The notes under the pieces were generated by a model. It was given only the letters and a program-made list of their open reading frames with translations. It searched no databases and was not told the DNA's origin. Shown piece by piece: positions 28,506 to 43,890 of a DNA stretch of 64,000 nt (positions are counted from its first letter, which is position 1; every line of letters begins with the position of its first letter). Origin of the DNA: the human T2T-CHM13v2.0 reference genome, Homo sapiens; contig CP068257.2 of the NCBI GenBank assembly GCA_009914755.4, positions 19,040,001-19,104,000 on the forward strand, given 5' to 3'. Position numbers and translations under genes: made by a program.

Positions 28506-28575
28506 TTAATTATTAGGCTGGTGCAAAAGTAACTGTGCTTGTTGTCATTAAAAGCAATGGCAAAAACTTTGTTCA
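28506..28575. mobile_element. partial, diverged MADE1 (mariner-derived miniature inverted-repeat element)
   Basis: ttaggctggtgcaaaagtaactgtgcttgttgtcattaaaagcaatggcaaaaac resembles ttaggttggtgcaaaagtaattgcggtttttgccattaaaagtaatggcaaaaacc; the second palindrome arm is degraded. Confidence 0.5.
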
Positions 28576-28894
28576 CTTATCCTGAATAAAATACAAAAAT
28601 GTTATTCTTGGTGAATCAACTCTCTATAGAAGTAAAAAATAGCCCCTCATCTCCACTATAATTAGCATGTTGAAAGCGTTTGCCTTTCAATGAATAATTC
28701 CTGCTGATCCAGTTAAACCAAAGTAAAATTAGGAATCAATTGCTACTTTCCTTTTTATTCAAGAACATGTCCTCTTAGAAGACAGAAAGGGTTATTTCAT
28801 TTTTAGTAGATCGGTGAAGATGAAAATGATGGCAATATATGAATGTGTACCTAATTGAAATGATTTAATGAAAAAAGAAAGATTTCTAAAGATG

Positions 28895-29990
<1,096 letters not shown>

Positions 29991-31489
29991 GTTAGGACAA
30001 GTGTTATTTTTATGATTTTACAAATAAGGCAGCTCTGGCTCAGGTCAAACCATGACTGACAAGTTCAAGAATTCAACTCCAAGGTTTTCCCCGACATCAT
30101 TTCTATCATTACTTCTTAGAGGAGTAAGTCATGGGTGAAGTCATTCATTTGCTTCTGGGAGCCAGCTGTGAAAAAACTGCATGCATCACGAATCGTCTAA
30201 TTCCTGAAGCCAATAATACCTGAAGTCATTTTATATAGTTTACTCACCCAGATGTTACCTGCAGTATATGCACCTTGTTTCATGATGGTCCCTGGTAAAG
30301 TAATCTGCAGTATACAGCCATGGTCCCCCAAAACTTGGAATTAGGCCTTGCTTCTTTTCCTGGCTTTAATGGCCTTTTGACTATTTTTCTCCTGCATTGT
30401 TTCACATTTACTTCAGTTCTACTCTGTATTCCAAACAAAAAATGTTCTCCCTAATCCCTCTGTTTCTTTGTTGGAAATTTAATGCTTCTATGTTTTCAAG
30501 ACACAGAGGTAGCATAAAAGCTTAAAACCTCATATTGGTCCATACCTCTTTAGGAAAGTATCATGCCTCTATAAAATTGCCCTATTCTGATCCTTCTGAC
30601 TATTCTTCAAATGAAAGAGTCTGCCATATCATGAACTTTTTCATTGAAAAACTTGGCTTGGTTTAAATGCCCCCTTTCAGTAATTTTGTGGTAAAATGAA
30701 TTGAATTGTCCAAAAATGACCACAGGAGCTCACTCTAGATTTCTTGGACAAACAGCCAATTAAGATAGTTGGGAATAACACTCCAGTCTCACCCTATTCT
30801 CTCATCAGAAGGAACTACACCCAAATCTCAGCTTCCCACGTAAGAAGTCGCTGCCTTTTCTTAACAAGGGAAATTATAACATCTCATGGGCCCCAAGCCC
30901 TCGAGGAGTGTGTGGCTGGTATTCCCAAACAACGCCTATCAATGGCTGGCATCAAAATTCCAGACTGCCTGAGACCAGGTCCCCTTTGTTTTCCCCATGT
31001 ACAAGATAACTTTCTCACATTTGCTTCATAAAATGAAAATTAAAGGGAAGGCGATGTCTCTCCCCTAGAACATAAAATACCCTGTGGGCCCATGAGCATC
31101 CCAGGCCCTGACAAGCCTCTCTGTCGAGGGACCAGGAAAATCTGGGGTTTCTCTTTCTTTGCTGACCTGGCCTTGCAAATAGGACTTCACGGAATTCATC
31201 CAGAATCCTACCCACATGAGAAAGTTGACAGACCCAGAAGAAACCTATTTTGCACAACACAATGGTTTGCAAGCTCTTACTTCTGATAGCTAAATGATCG
31301 TGCAACACAGCCAGGCACAGAGTGAGTGATGCAGAAGCAGTACGCACTAAATGTTATGGCTTTCACCTTCTAACCAGTATATGGTTACCAAAATAAAAAT
31401 AAAACTAGCAAATCTCACCATTTATCCCTAAGCTACCAATTCCTTTTATTTGCCTAGCTTCCCTAGAATAGTGGCTTAATTAGAAATAA

Positions 31490-31867
<378 letters not shown>

Positions 31868-34860
31868 TTATTGGGACATTTAAAACACTCATTAGGAAAC
31901 ATTTCATGTAAGTGCTATTTATAAAAAATTTATGCCATTATTTCTATCCAAAGTAGATGCTTCCTATCACTAGAGAATACATATTTCAACCTGTCATAAT
32001 TATTACTATTACTATAATAACAATTTAATTTTGTAAATTTATACATTTTAGTGCTTAGATGCTTTTTGTTATATTTTCTATGTTATATCCTGATTTCTGA
32101 AAAAGAATATTACCCAAAATACTAAAAATAGAGAGCTAGAACTGAATTTACACTTTTATAACACATTAATGATACTGGATTTTTGTACTCTTAAATTCAT
32201 AATAAATTTTTATTACTACTTCATTTTTAATATGTAATTGATTTTTATATGCATTTTGAAATTGTCTAACTACAAAAACAGGAAAATATAACAGTGGTTA
32301 TCTCTTAGTAGTGGAATAATAGGTGACTGTTTTATTGATAGCCTGTAGTTTTAAATTATTTTAAATAACTATTTATCATTTAAGAACATTAAAAAATGAC
32401 TTAAAAATCCAAAGCTGGCATCTGGACAGTTTTGAAAAAGATGAAGGCTTTTTCACCAGTCATTATCAAACAATTTATACGAAAATAATGTCTTGACTCA
32501 GGGGCTCTGGGAGGAAAGTAACACAGAATATTTAAAAAGTAGGACACACCAGATAACTTAACTTTTTTTTCTTTTTTCCTTAAATCTTAACCGAGAGGAG
32601 TCAATCACTTTAACTCCCAGGGTTTTAATTTTCTTATTTAGGTACTCACCAAGTACATTCACTACTTTATCACTTTTTAATATCTGAATAATAAAATTGC
32701 GATGTTCTTTTTACTTGAAAGAACTACTCTCTTATTACCCATGATTGCATCTAGGTCTTTGCAAAGTAGCACGTATATAACTATAACTCATTGTTTCCTA
32801 TGTACCAGGAAATAGTGTTTCTACTTGTCAAAAGTACCAAGAAGTTTTGCTTTAATTAACCTAATTTTAAGGCTAATTAAGATAGGTGTCATTACAAGAA
32901 TTTGCCCAAGGTCACCTACAAGTAAGCAAAAGAATTAAAATTCAGATCTCTCGTTCTTTCTCCAGGGTCACCACCTGCCAGCTCCAGAGAGTATCCTTCA
33001 CCCAGTAGCCTAAAGGACAGGGCACCCCCATTCCATCAAACATGACTGCCCTCTGCTCTGACTATAGAATTGCTGTAAATCCCCTCTCAATATGCCAGGT
33101 TGCCTCCTAATTGCAGACAGGCAAATGTGGTAAATGGTCTTGCCTTAGAGCATACTGCTAAGTGCCCAAGTGAGCATAGACTTATCTGCTCCTCCTGTGA
33201 ATTCATCAATAAACAGACAGCAGCATTATTGTTGCTATGAGAGAGGAAGCTACTGATTTAAGGTTGAATTTGCCATTACTCTCTTTCTGACTGACTCAGA
33301 AAAATAATATAAAAATAAGAAAGCTGTTTTGTTTGTGAATTCATTTTTGCACAATTTTCTTTTAGGAAAGCCACAATCAATAAAAGTTCTAACATTCGTA
33401 TTTCCAGCTACTAACAGGTAGTAAGGTTGCTTAATCTCTGCTGACTGTGCTGTGTGAGAGGCTACGTTCCCTGAGTTCAAACTATCCTGGCAATTTAGCA
33501 TAATGCTGAGGCTACAGGTCTAGACCCCAGGGAAATTTGCTTTTACTTTGATAAACTGAGATTTCTCAATACTCCTGTAACAGCTGAGTTACTTCCCTCG
33601 TTCTAGAGAGAAAGCGCCCTTCTTTAATTTCTTCAGGGGATTTTCCCATTGGGTTAAATGAGAGCCTACTATCTCCTTCAGATAACACCATGTAACTGGC
33701 AGTGGGGGAAGTGGGGCCAGAGAAGAAAAGTAAATGGCATTTTTGGCATCAAATAGAGCCTCCAGTAAAAATACTAACCACTTTTTGCTGAAGTGTTTAC
33801 AGAAAAAGACCATTGTTTCAGGAAATTACTTGTGTTGAAAAATGAAAAAAATCTGTATATAGCAGCTTAATACTGCTCTTACTGTTTACTGAACTAATGT
33901 ATTTTTGTCCCAGAATTTTACTTCTAAAGAATATACTCTAAATATTGCCATCTTTTCTATTCTGACTGCATTGTACATAATGAAATCACATTGGACTAAG
34001 AATTAGTAACATTAACAAATTCTAAGATGTTTCAGTACCTCTTATTGATCCTTTTTATATTAAAAGTGATTTTTTTTCATTACAGGGGATTGTAGAAATT
34101 ATATAAACAGTCATATCAGTAAAATGAGTTTAAAATATTATTTGAAAAAACTACAACTTTCCTCACAACTGGTTACCTCCACTGAAGAGAATTTATTCAT
34201 ATTTTCTGTGGCAATGTGTTCTCTAGGCTCCCAACAGGATAAAGAATCTAGAACAAAAATATTTTTTAAAGTGGCAGAAAGATATACCCACTTTGAGCAT
34301 TCATCACAATGTTACATTCCATGGGAAAAAAACAAAAGGGATTATACTAAATTTTAACGCACCTGATACCAAGCAACTTCAACCATGCTAAACAAATGTA
34401 GGTAGGGGATGGGGCTGTCTGGTATTGGCAAAGACAAGTGAGCAAAGTATCTCACTTTACAGAAACCATTATTAACCGGTATTGGTGTCTTCCTAACTTA
34501 GATGACTCTTTCTCTAATGTGTGTTTGTCACATGACTTTCCTTACCCAGTGGGTTATCCTAAACTTCAGTACAATGCACTGTCCAGCTCATCTCAATATT
34601 TCCAACAACAAAAGTTAAAAATGTAAGACCGTGATTTTTTCTGTTGTTCTCTATTTCACAAGTAGTCTACTTGGAAAGGGTCAAAACATATTTGGATGAG
34701 TTTCCTTCTAATCCGTCCACTTAGCTCAATAAAGTGCTCTGCATTTTTGCCAGATCGAACCTTGGAAACAAAAATGGCTCTTACCAAAGTCTAAAATGGA
34801 GATTTTAACTAACATCAAGGGTTGCTCCAAGCAGACTCTCATATTTAGATGTATCCAGGA

Positions 34861-35168
34861 GGCCGGGTGTGGTGGCTCACACCTGTAATCCCAGCAATTC
34901 CAGCACTTTGGGAGGCCGAGGCAGGTGAATCATCTGAGGTCAGGAGTTCAAGACCAACCTGATCAACATGGTGAAACCCCGTCTCTACTAAAAACACAAA
35001 AATTAGCTGGGCTTGGTGGTGGGAGGCCTGTAATCCAAACTACTCAGGAGACTGAAGCAGGAGATTTGCTTGAACTCTGGAAACGGAGGTTGTAGTGAGC
35101 CAAGATCACGCCATTGCACCCCAGCCTGGGCAACAAGAACAAGACTCTGTCTCAATAAAAAAAATGAT
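34861..35168 (+). mobile_element. Alu (AluS-like) with 15-bp TSD
   Basis: ggccgggtgtggtggctcacacctgtaatcccagcaattccagcactttgggaggccgaggcaggtgaatcatctgaggtcaggagttcaagacc ... ccattgcaccccagcctgggcaacaagaacaagactctgtctcaataaaaaaaatg; tagatgtatccagga at 34846-34860 and 35174-35188. Confidence 0.93.
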
Positions 35169-36415
35169 GAAATAGATGTATCCAGGAAAAATTCAGGCCT
35201 TTTTTGTGCTCCCCAAATCCCAATAGTTTAAGTTGACTTCTGAAATCTCTTACACTGCTCTACTCTTGTCCCATAGCCCTATTAAACTATTGCTAAAGAA
35301 AAAAAAATCAATGACATCTAAAGCATGGTTAGACTAACTTTTTTCAAGACCATCACAATAGATACAGGGACTATGGCAATGGGGTCTTGCAGTGGGGAGT
35401 GAGATTGGGCTTCACTCCAAATATAGGAAGGGAAAATAAAAATTTATGGACAAGGAGAAGGGTGGGGTCAGTGGATGGAAAATTACTAAGAAATGTCAGG
35501 GTTAAGGGGATTCTGTTTCAGCTGACCTAACAGGATTCTTGCTGAAGACAGGCCCAACATGATTAGACATCACCTCAGGGAAGGTGGAAGATGAGGAGCC
35601 CAACTAGATATCGAGCGTGATTTGATATTAAGTGTGCAGGGATCTTGCTAAACTGACTTAGCAGGATTCTTGCTAAAAGTGAATTTTAGAAGAAAGCAAA
35701 CTTAGGTGAATACTCAGAGCTTGACTAAAGTTTGGTAAAGGAAGAACTTATGTCACTGTACAAGTCAGTGAGTATCCAGCTTCTTCCTACCTGGTAGGCA
35801 CTTCTAAATTTCACTATAAACATGTGCGACTTGAAGTTACAGAAAGGATAGAGGTGCAGCAATAGCTACCACTGTTTTCAAAGAAATAGTACCCTCTGTC
35901 CCAAACCTCATTTTTGGTTGTATATACTGGCTAAAAGTGGTTGGTGGATGAGAGTCAGAGAACCTGCTTTTAGCCACTGTTCAGCAAGTCCTGCTATTGA
36001 TGCTTAAAGAAACTCTCTTGAGAATGTCATTGATTGTCCCTAGCTTTGGAACTTCAGCCAATATTCTGAGTTATTATGAAAAATTTGTCATTTTTTTTTA
36101 CTTGGGAGAAAGACTGAAGCTATTCAAAAATGAACTGGTTCTTAAAAATATATTAGGAAGTTTGAAAACGCACCTAAGCAGAAGGCTTTACGCCTCACAT
36201 TTCAGAGCGAAAAAAATCAGAGTGTTTAGGCACAATCTCTTCCCTCAAAGACAAGACAGTTTAAAACTAACAGGAGTGCTAATAGCAGGAATGAAGGAGA
36301 CACAGAAAGTCAAAAGAAGCAAAGCAATCTTTTCATTGATCTATGTATAAAATCGTGATTGAATCCCTAAAGTAAGAAACATGATTGACATGGGTATAGA
36401 GCTTACTGGTAAAAT

Positions 36416-36700
36416 GCAATTCATACCCTTCATATATATATATATATATATATACACCCTTCATATATATATATATACCTTCATATATATATATATACCC
36501 TTCATATATATATATCATCATATATATATACCTTCATATATATATATCTTCATATATACATATACATTCATATATATATGTATGTACACACACACATATA
36601 TATATGAAGGGTATGAATATATATATATATGAAGGGTATGAATGTGTGTGTGTGCATATATATATATATATATATATGCACACACACACAATATTTTTGC
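36416..36700. repeat. AT-rich compound minisatellite with inverted (palindromic) arms, (TA)n with CCCTTCA interruptions
   Basis: Forward units ttcatacccttca(ta)n repeat from 36419 to about 36560. The reverse-complement units (ta)ntgaagggtatgaa lie at 36596-36650. These are followed by (TG)n(TA)n(CA)n. Confidence 0.9.
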
Positions 36701-39550
36701 ATCAGATTCCACCTCAGAGACAAGAGTCTACAATTGTTCACATCTGTAAAAAAGCTGCAAATTCAGTCATAAGGCAAAATTGAAAAAGTAAAACCCGCTT
36801 AATAGTGAAGTGAGGTTGGGGGTAGAGAAGAAAGAGAAGTCAGTTGAAACTGAGATATAAGAACATGTGTATAAAGTCAGAACTAAGAACACAGGGAGAA
36901 AAAAACAAAAGTTAGAATTTTCTTAACTGATGAGACAGTTATCATATCTCGAAGATAATTTAACACAACGGTTCTTTAGATTTGGATTTTTCACTTTGGT
37001 AACATTAAGCACTATTCACTGCCTGCCAAAGAAAGAAAAGCAAGTTGACTATTCCTTCAGAAAAAAAAGTGTCTACTAAAAAGAATGAAAATAATACTAA
37101 AATGCATACTGTGCCCAGATAAATAAGAAGACTTATCAAAGGAGTATTTTGAAGAAAGTTATTTTGGGTCCTGGGATTTATTTTAAAAATCTAAGCCTTT
37201 CAACAAACTGCTTTCCTAAAATTCAGATTTTTTTTTAATGTGATACAGGTTAGAAATTTTAGAAAATCTTTCTCTCTCTCTCTCTCCATCCACATTTGTT
37301 CCAAAATGTTGTCCATATTTATCTCTACATCTGGGTCTCTGGAAATTCTGAACTCTATGTTACCGGAATGAGGTATTTAGAACAGCTGAAAAGATAAAAA
37401 TTAACACATTTTATATAATAACATGAAAGGATAGTCCCTTCATTCATGAATTCATGTATTGAGAGTCGATTGTAAGCTGGATATATGTGAGATACTGAGA
37501 ATTCAGTGGTAAATAAAACCAGACTTTTTTCCATCCCCATGGAAACCAGGATTTAGTAAATAAAACAATATTCAGATAATCACACAGAAAAAAATACAAA
37601 ATTACAAACTATAGTATCACTAGAAAAGAGAGATGAATTATGCCAGTAGAGTCTTAATAGTAGGATTTGACTTGGTCATAGGCGTCATGGAAGACATCAC
37701 AGAAGAAGCAACTGAGCTAAGAAATAAAGAAAGAATAAATATGAACTAGAGGGAAAGCTGTTCTAGTGTAAGATGTGCTGGGGTAAAGGTCCTGTCTCAG
37801 AAGACACATAGAGTGTTTGAGGAACTGAACGCCAACAGGAAGGTGGGAAATATTTGACTGAGGTTGATGACATCATTAGATGCTTGTTTCAAAATGAACA
37901 ATCTGTTTTGTGATGTGTGGACAATTGATTTTATTGGGATAATACTAGATGGAAAGTTATTGTTTAGGAAGGTATTGCAATATACCAGGTGAAGAAGATG
38001 TTAATAGCAGAGAAAGAAAGATAACTGGAGATACAATTCTGATGTAAAATTGACAGAACTTAATAAAGAGTTTACTATTGAGAAATCTGAGAAAGGAAAA
38101 TGTCAAAGAAATCATCTAGCATTCCAGCTTGTTTTTTTAAAAAAATTGACAATGTTACATTAAAGTAAGTTCATATTGTGAATAAAAGGGACAATCATAA
38201 TTTCAATTGAAAACATGTTGAATTTGAGCTACTTTTGCTCAAACCAAGCAAGGATTTCATACATAATTGACCTGCAGATTACAAAATGAGAGTAGAGATC
38301 AGGTGCGGTGATTCTTTTTAAAAAAGGGTCTCATGGATATAGGCAAGAGTTTAATTTCTCAGTATTAATACTATAACTTAATCAATAAAAACTATGGAAG
38401 ATTTAGATTTTTGAGAAGGACTACGAAAAACATTTTTTGTTTACGCTCTATTTCCCTAAACAGAAACAGAATCTACTTTCTACCACAATCCCCCCGGTTC
38501 AATGGCAAAAAAATGTGATAGAGCCAAATGAAATGGAATGGAATGGACTGAGAGAAATAAAGAAAGAAGCAATTCCTATTGCAAAAACTGAGTAGAAAGG
38601 TTTGAGATAATGAAGAAAAAGGAAAGAGATCATAGATAAGGGACTTCTTTATATCTATATTGGGTTGCATGTAGATATGGATGGATAGGATTTTAAAAAT
38701 AGAATGATTTCTGTACTTTAAGTCAGAGCAAGAAAGGAGGATAGTTTGATCATCCAATGAGATCTATAGACTATACTTTGCTTTCTTCTAAACTTTAAGG
38801 ATCAATCTTTAGGGCAAGAATCTATAGGAAAATTGATCTGATATGTGGTATGTAAATTTAAACTTGAACTCAAGCATACTATAGATCTGAGTTTGATTCA
38901 AAGCTCATTATAGAATTAAGTCAGTTAGCAGGCCAGGACATCAACAAAACTGTTACTTATATAATGTCAAAGCAGAAAAGGCCAAAGTAATACTGGTCCC
39001 CGGAGTAACTGTCTTTGGAGACAGATATCAATGGAGGACAGTGATTGCAACTATAGAGCTTTGTTGATTGGTGGGCCATATTCCGAAGATATCATTGAAC
39101 AAAAGTGAATCTTTTGCTTTGTCATGTGATTTTATCAAATAAAGCCCTGGAGGAGACACCCAGGGCAAGGCAGCTAATAGACAATGGTTCACATGCATGT
39201 ATTGTCCAGAACATAACTATTAAAAAGAATACAGTTGCCTCTGCAGAAGGAAGGAAGATTCTGAGCAATATTGTGAAGTTGTGGGAAGGACTCAGAGCAA
39301 CAGATATGGCACAGGAAGTGCCAGGTTTCTGGACTGATATCCTGGAACAAAAGATTGATCAAGTGAAGCAGCTTCACATGGGTCTCCAATATTGACTCCC
39401 AGTTTAGTTGTGATTCACTAGGGGAACCCACAGGGCTCAGCATGTAGTCACACTCATGGCAATAATTTATTACAGCAAAAGAATGAAGCAAAATTAGCAA
39501 AGGGAAGATGTGCACAGAGCCTATTATTGGCCAAATATTTGTACTTCCCC

Positions 39551-39958
39551 AAAATTTGTGTTTTAAAGTTGTAACCCTCAATGGGATGGTATTTGGAAAT
39601 GGGTCTTCTGAGAGGTAATCAGGATTTGATGAGGTTGTGAGGATGGGGCCCTGGTCTGATGGGATTAGTGCCCTTAAAATAAGAAATACCAAAGGGTGCT
39701 TTCTTGCTCTCTCTCTCTCTTTCTCTCTCTCTCTTTCTCTCTCTCGCTCTCACTCTTTCTCCTTCTATCTCTGCCACATGAGGATATATCGATAAGGTGG
39801 CCATCTTCAAGCCAGAAAGAGGGCCCTCACTAGAACCTGACTATGCTAGCACCCTAATCTCAGACTTCCAATCTCTAATACTGTGAGAAAATAAATTTCT
39901 GTTGTTTAAGTCACCCATTTTATGATATTCTCTTATGGTAGCCCAAGCTGACTAATAC
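39551..39958 (+). mobile_element. MLT1-like (MaLR) solo LTR with expanded (CT)n
   Basis: ccctcaatgggatggtatttggaaatgggtcttctgagaggtaatcaggatttgatgaggttgtgaggatggggccctggtctgatgggattagtgcccttaaaataagaa ... ccatcttcaagccagaaagagggccctcactagaacctgactatgctagcaccctaatctcagacttccaatctctaatactgtgagaaaataaatttctgttgtttaagtcacccattt ... gactaatacaa. Confidence 0.7.
39706..39770. repeat. (CT)n microsatellite inside the MLT1-like LTR
   Basis: gctctctctctctctttctctctctctctttctctctctcgctctcactctttctcc. Confidence 0.9.
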
Positions 39959-40990
39959 AAGGATTTTCCAGAGTAAGCCAGGTGCAAGCTTCCAAGAGTC
40001 CTCCCTTAATTGAGTCACACAGTATGTGCTTAATTCCTCCAGCAATAAGCTATGACAACACATGTAAAACATTGTCTACCAGAAAAAACTCATTAGAGAC
40101 TCAGTGCCCAGGGTTTTAATTGAGGGATGCTCATGGAAGCACCCTCTACCCAGTATGTTCCAAAATTTCAGACTCCTAGTAGGAAAGCAGGTGTTCAGCT
40201 GTTGTTTGTACAAACAGATTAGGCAGAGTAAGCCATTCTTATTAGTTCTGCGAACGGTGGAAAGCCTCCCTAAATCCCATATGCCAGCTAAGGGCCTCTC
40301 TTTCTAGCAGGCATTTCCAAAGATAGCAGTTTCAAGCCTGTTATGTTAACTCTTTTCTCCATATAGCCCAATCTAGACCCTGCCAGGTACAGAAATCCAA
40401 GGAATTTTTAAGGGAAGCAAAGTGAGTGTTGAAAGATGAAGCATTTGAATGGTGCATTGAAGATAAAGAAGAAAAAAAATGACAGCATAAAATCTATAAA
40501 AGCTTGAGAAACACAGCTTTTTGTAAGCTTCAGTGGCCTTGCTTTGAGGTGGTACCTGGGGTGAAAGCCAAGACTGCAGTGTTACCTGTACTTGACTGGT
40601 TACTGGCATTAGATGAAGAGTTCGACAGCATAGAAATTGCCAAGGAAACATACGTGTATTGTGAGGCCATCTGGCATAAGAAGTTGAAAAGAATTTCAGC
40701 TTTGTAATAATATGAAAATATTGTTTGCAAAAGGCAGTGAAAAGGAAGTCTGGGAAATATGGCTCAGAAAGTCAAGCAATGATCACAAATATGTAGGTGG
40801 AGCTTACTTCATTTAAAACTTGATTGTTTTCGCCTCATCCCCAGGCTTTCAAGGAACCTGAGAGCTTCTCTCCAAGATCTCCTTTATTGTTACAATTAAT
40901 TGGGGTGAAATATTGCAGGAGAAAGCCATAACACACAAACACATCCCAGTCTTGGGATGACAGTATTTTCACTAACTAATAGATACTTTA

Positions 40991-41313
<323 letters not shown>

Positions 41314-42467
41314 TTATACTGGAGACAGGGAACCACAGCCTCAGGGATACTTTATGATGGAGACTGTGGATGGAGACTGAGGACATTGGAGAAATTGTCT
41401 AGCATGGGATTCTCTGAATTCAGGCACATTCCAAACAAGGAAAATGATGCTGAATTTGTTATTTTTAGAATTATTCAAATTGATGGAAGACAAAAATTCA
41501 AAGGCTATCCCCGGTAATGTTCAAGGATATGCCTAAACAAGTTATGTAACAGAAATTTAAAAAGCAGAGAATTTTCAATACAGAACAGAGCAGTGAAGTT
41601 TTCAAGTGCATTTTCTTCTGTAATCATTCAAAACCGTAAACAATTGGAAGCATCAGTTTCATACTTCATCTCTTCCAATTCAGGAGAGAGAGTGCCCTAA
41701 TACCCACGCAGAAGTATATAACAAATTTAGGAACTATTTTTCAATTGGTTTATGTTAAGTGTCAGCTTTGGCAGCATAACAATGACTTATATCTATGTGT
41801 AAATTCATATGAATAGAGAAATCACGTATACATATTTGTGTATACACATGCACACATATATATATATATATATTTTAAAAATTATTAATACATTGGGTCA
41901 GAGAATGAAAAGTTTTGATACAGAAACTGATAGTAATAAGTAGATATAAACTACCAGGCTGCTACTGTGCTGAAAGGTCAATTTTTATGTCATTATGGAC
42001 TCATTCATTTATATATTAAAAAAATGAAGCCAAAAAGCATAACTAGAACCAGAGTCACGGTTGGAGCTTTCAATTGTTTTCAATTGCTTGTTCAACTGCA
42101 TATAATCAGTCAACTAGGCAGTTGGCTTGTAGGGAATCTCCTAGGCTTTAGGACACTTATGATAACAGCTATGGTCTGATTGGCACTTGCCCTACCCTAC
42201 AAAGATTGCACTTGAAAGTCAAACTTTGAGATAATGGAGGTGGAAGCAACCGGCACTACTCAGTATAAATGTGTGTTTCATACAACCACTACTTCAGGAA
42301 TGGTGAATCCCTTCTATAACCTGCTATTGAAGGTATAATGATCAAGAGTATGAGGCACAGTCAATGTGCCTAAGTCGAACAAAAGAAAGAACAATTGAAT
42401 TATGTGAATGGAGGAAGTAGAATTTCAGAGAAGCACAGGAACATCTTCTCACAAATACAGACACAAA

Positions 42468-42514
42468 TATATATATATATATATATAAATACACACACAC
42501 ACACACACACACAC
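42468..42514. repeat. (TA)n(CA)n compound microsatellite
   Basis: atatatatatatatatatataaatacacacacacacacacacacacacc. Confidence 0.9.
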
Positions 42515-43229
42515 CCCTACACATACATATAGCCCAAAACATCAACAAATAAAAATACACAAGTATTTATACCATTAGTCAAATTTGCATTGGAACTGGT
42601 TTACAAAACTAAATTGAAGTAGAAAAATATATTACATGCTCAGAGAAAAATTGAGAAGTACCTGGGATTTATCTTTGGTTCTTTGTGGATTTTACATATA
42701 ATGCTTGAATAAAAACTCTTCTTTCTTTTTCTCCCTAACATAATGTAGAAAAGGGATAAAAATGAAAATGATAGTTTTCTAAAAATACATTCTTTAGAAT
42801 CATAATGTCTTTGGGCTAGTTAATAGGCATTATGCAAGCATACAAAAATTGCTATGTTTAAATATGTGAAAAACGTTAGATCAAACAATTACACAGATTT
42901 TCTTGGTGCAGACATGGAAAGAGCTATAATATAACATTGTATATACAATCAGCAAAGAATAATGAAGTTTTATTTTCCAAAATGAAATCTGATGTAGGGA
43001 ACACTAATAAGCTACAAAAGACATTTGGAAAAATGTTAATCTCAGAAGGTTTTCTCAGGTCTTTTCATACACAGAATGTTATTTTTAGGGCACGTGGTAT
43101 AAAAATATGTGTTTAGTCATTGTGGTCAACTTCTGACACAGAGTTCCAAAAGCCCTTGGAATTCCGTGAGTGATAGGAAGGTCTTTTGTTATTCATAAAG
43201 AACCCTTTTAGACACACCTGAGTTTCTAC

Positions 43230-43890
43230 TTGAGTTTATACCTTGTTGAGGTCCCTAGATAGCTTCAGGATGAGGACTGGTCACCAGAAAGACCAATCAC
43301 ATGATTAGAGAACTGGAAATTTCAGCCCTACCCCCTGACTTCTGGAGAGAAGGAGGGGGCTGGAGACTGGGTTATAAAAACTCCTGAACAACAAGATGTG
43401 GGGAGCCTCCAGGCTGGTGAACACATTTATGTGCTGAGAAGGTAGAGAGTACGGAAAGGGTATGGCAACTGTGCCACCGTCTGCCTCCTATACATTGTTT
43501 TATGTCTTCCATTTGTCTGTTTCTGAATTAATCCTTTATAAAAACCTGATAATTTCAAGGAGAGCACTTTCCTGAGTTCTGTGAATCATTCTAGAAAATT
43601 GTGGGACCTGTGGAGTAGGTCCTACGGCTGACTTCTCAATTTTTCTCTGAGCACGTAGGAAGCCCTGAACTTGTGATTGGCTGGACTGGACGAAACCATG
43701 AGGAGGCTGAGAAGCCCATTTGCAGCTGCCAGCTGAAGTGGGGGTGGCTTCGAGAGACTGAGTCCTTGACCTGTGAGTCTGCACTAGGTCCAGGACTTAG
43801 AGTCAAACTCGAGTTGCTAGACACTCAGTTGATGTTGAATAATTAGAGCATTGGTTGTTGGTGTGGGAAAATGCCATACATTTTGTGTCA
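43230..43890 (+). mobile_element. candidate solo LTR of ERV class I type (MER4/MER41-like); family uncertain
   Basis: ccaatcacatgattagagaactggaaatttcagccctaccccctgacttctgg ... ggttataaaaactcctgaacaacaagatgtggggagcctccaggctggtgaacacat ... ctgaattaatcctttataaaaacctgataatttcaaggagagcactttcctgagttctgtgaatcattctagaaaattgtgggacc. This shows a U3 TATA-like box, an aataaa-like signal and the usual ...ttcctgagttctgtga...ttctag..aa LTR motif. Confidence 0.45.

Noticed and set aside
30744-31347. 95-aa and 110-aa ORFs with several CpGs (30744-31031 +, 31015-31347 -)
   Set aside because: They overlap each other on opposite strands. No motif or splice context was seen. The region is probably unique non-coding DNA or an unassigned old LTR.
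36420-36560. Regularly spaced ~18-20-bp direct repeats that superficially look CRISPR-like
   Set aside because: The units are (TA)n separated by CCCTTCA. They have no unique spacers, sit in AT-rich eukaryotic DNA, and form a palindromic minisatellite rather than a repeat-spacer array.
39189-39692. Longest ORF in the track (167 aa, minus strand), with an overlapping 96-aa ORF on the plus strand
   Set aside because: Both strands are open over the same low-stop stretch, which points to composition rather than coding. The ORF runs into an MLT1-like LTR at 39551 onward. The translation shows no recognisable domain, has no Kozak or splice context, and sits in repeat-dense primate intergenic-like DNA.
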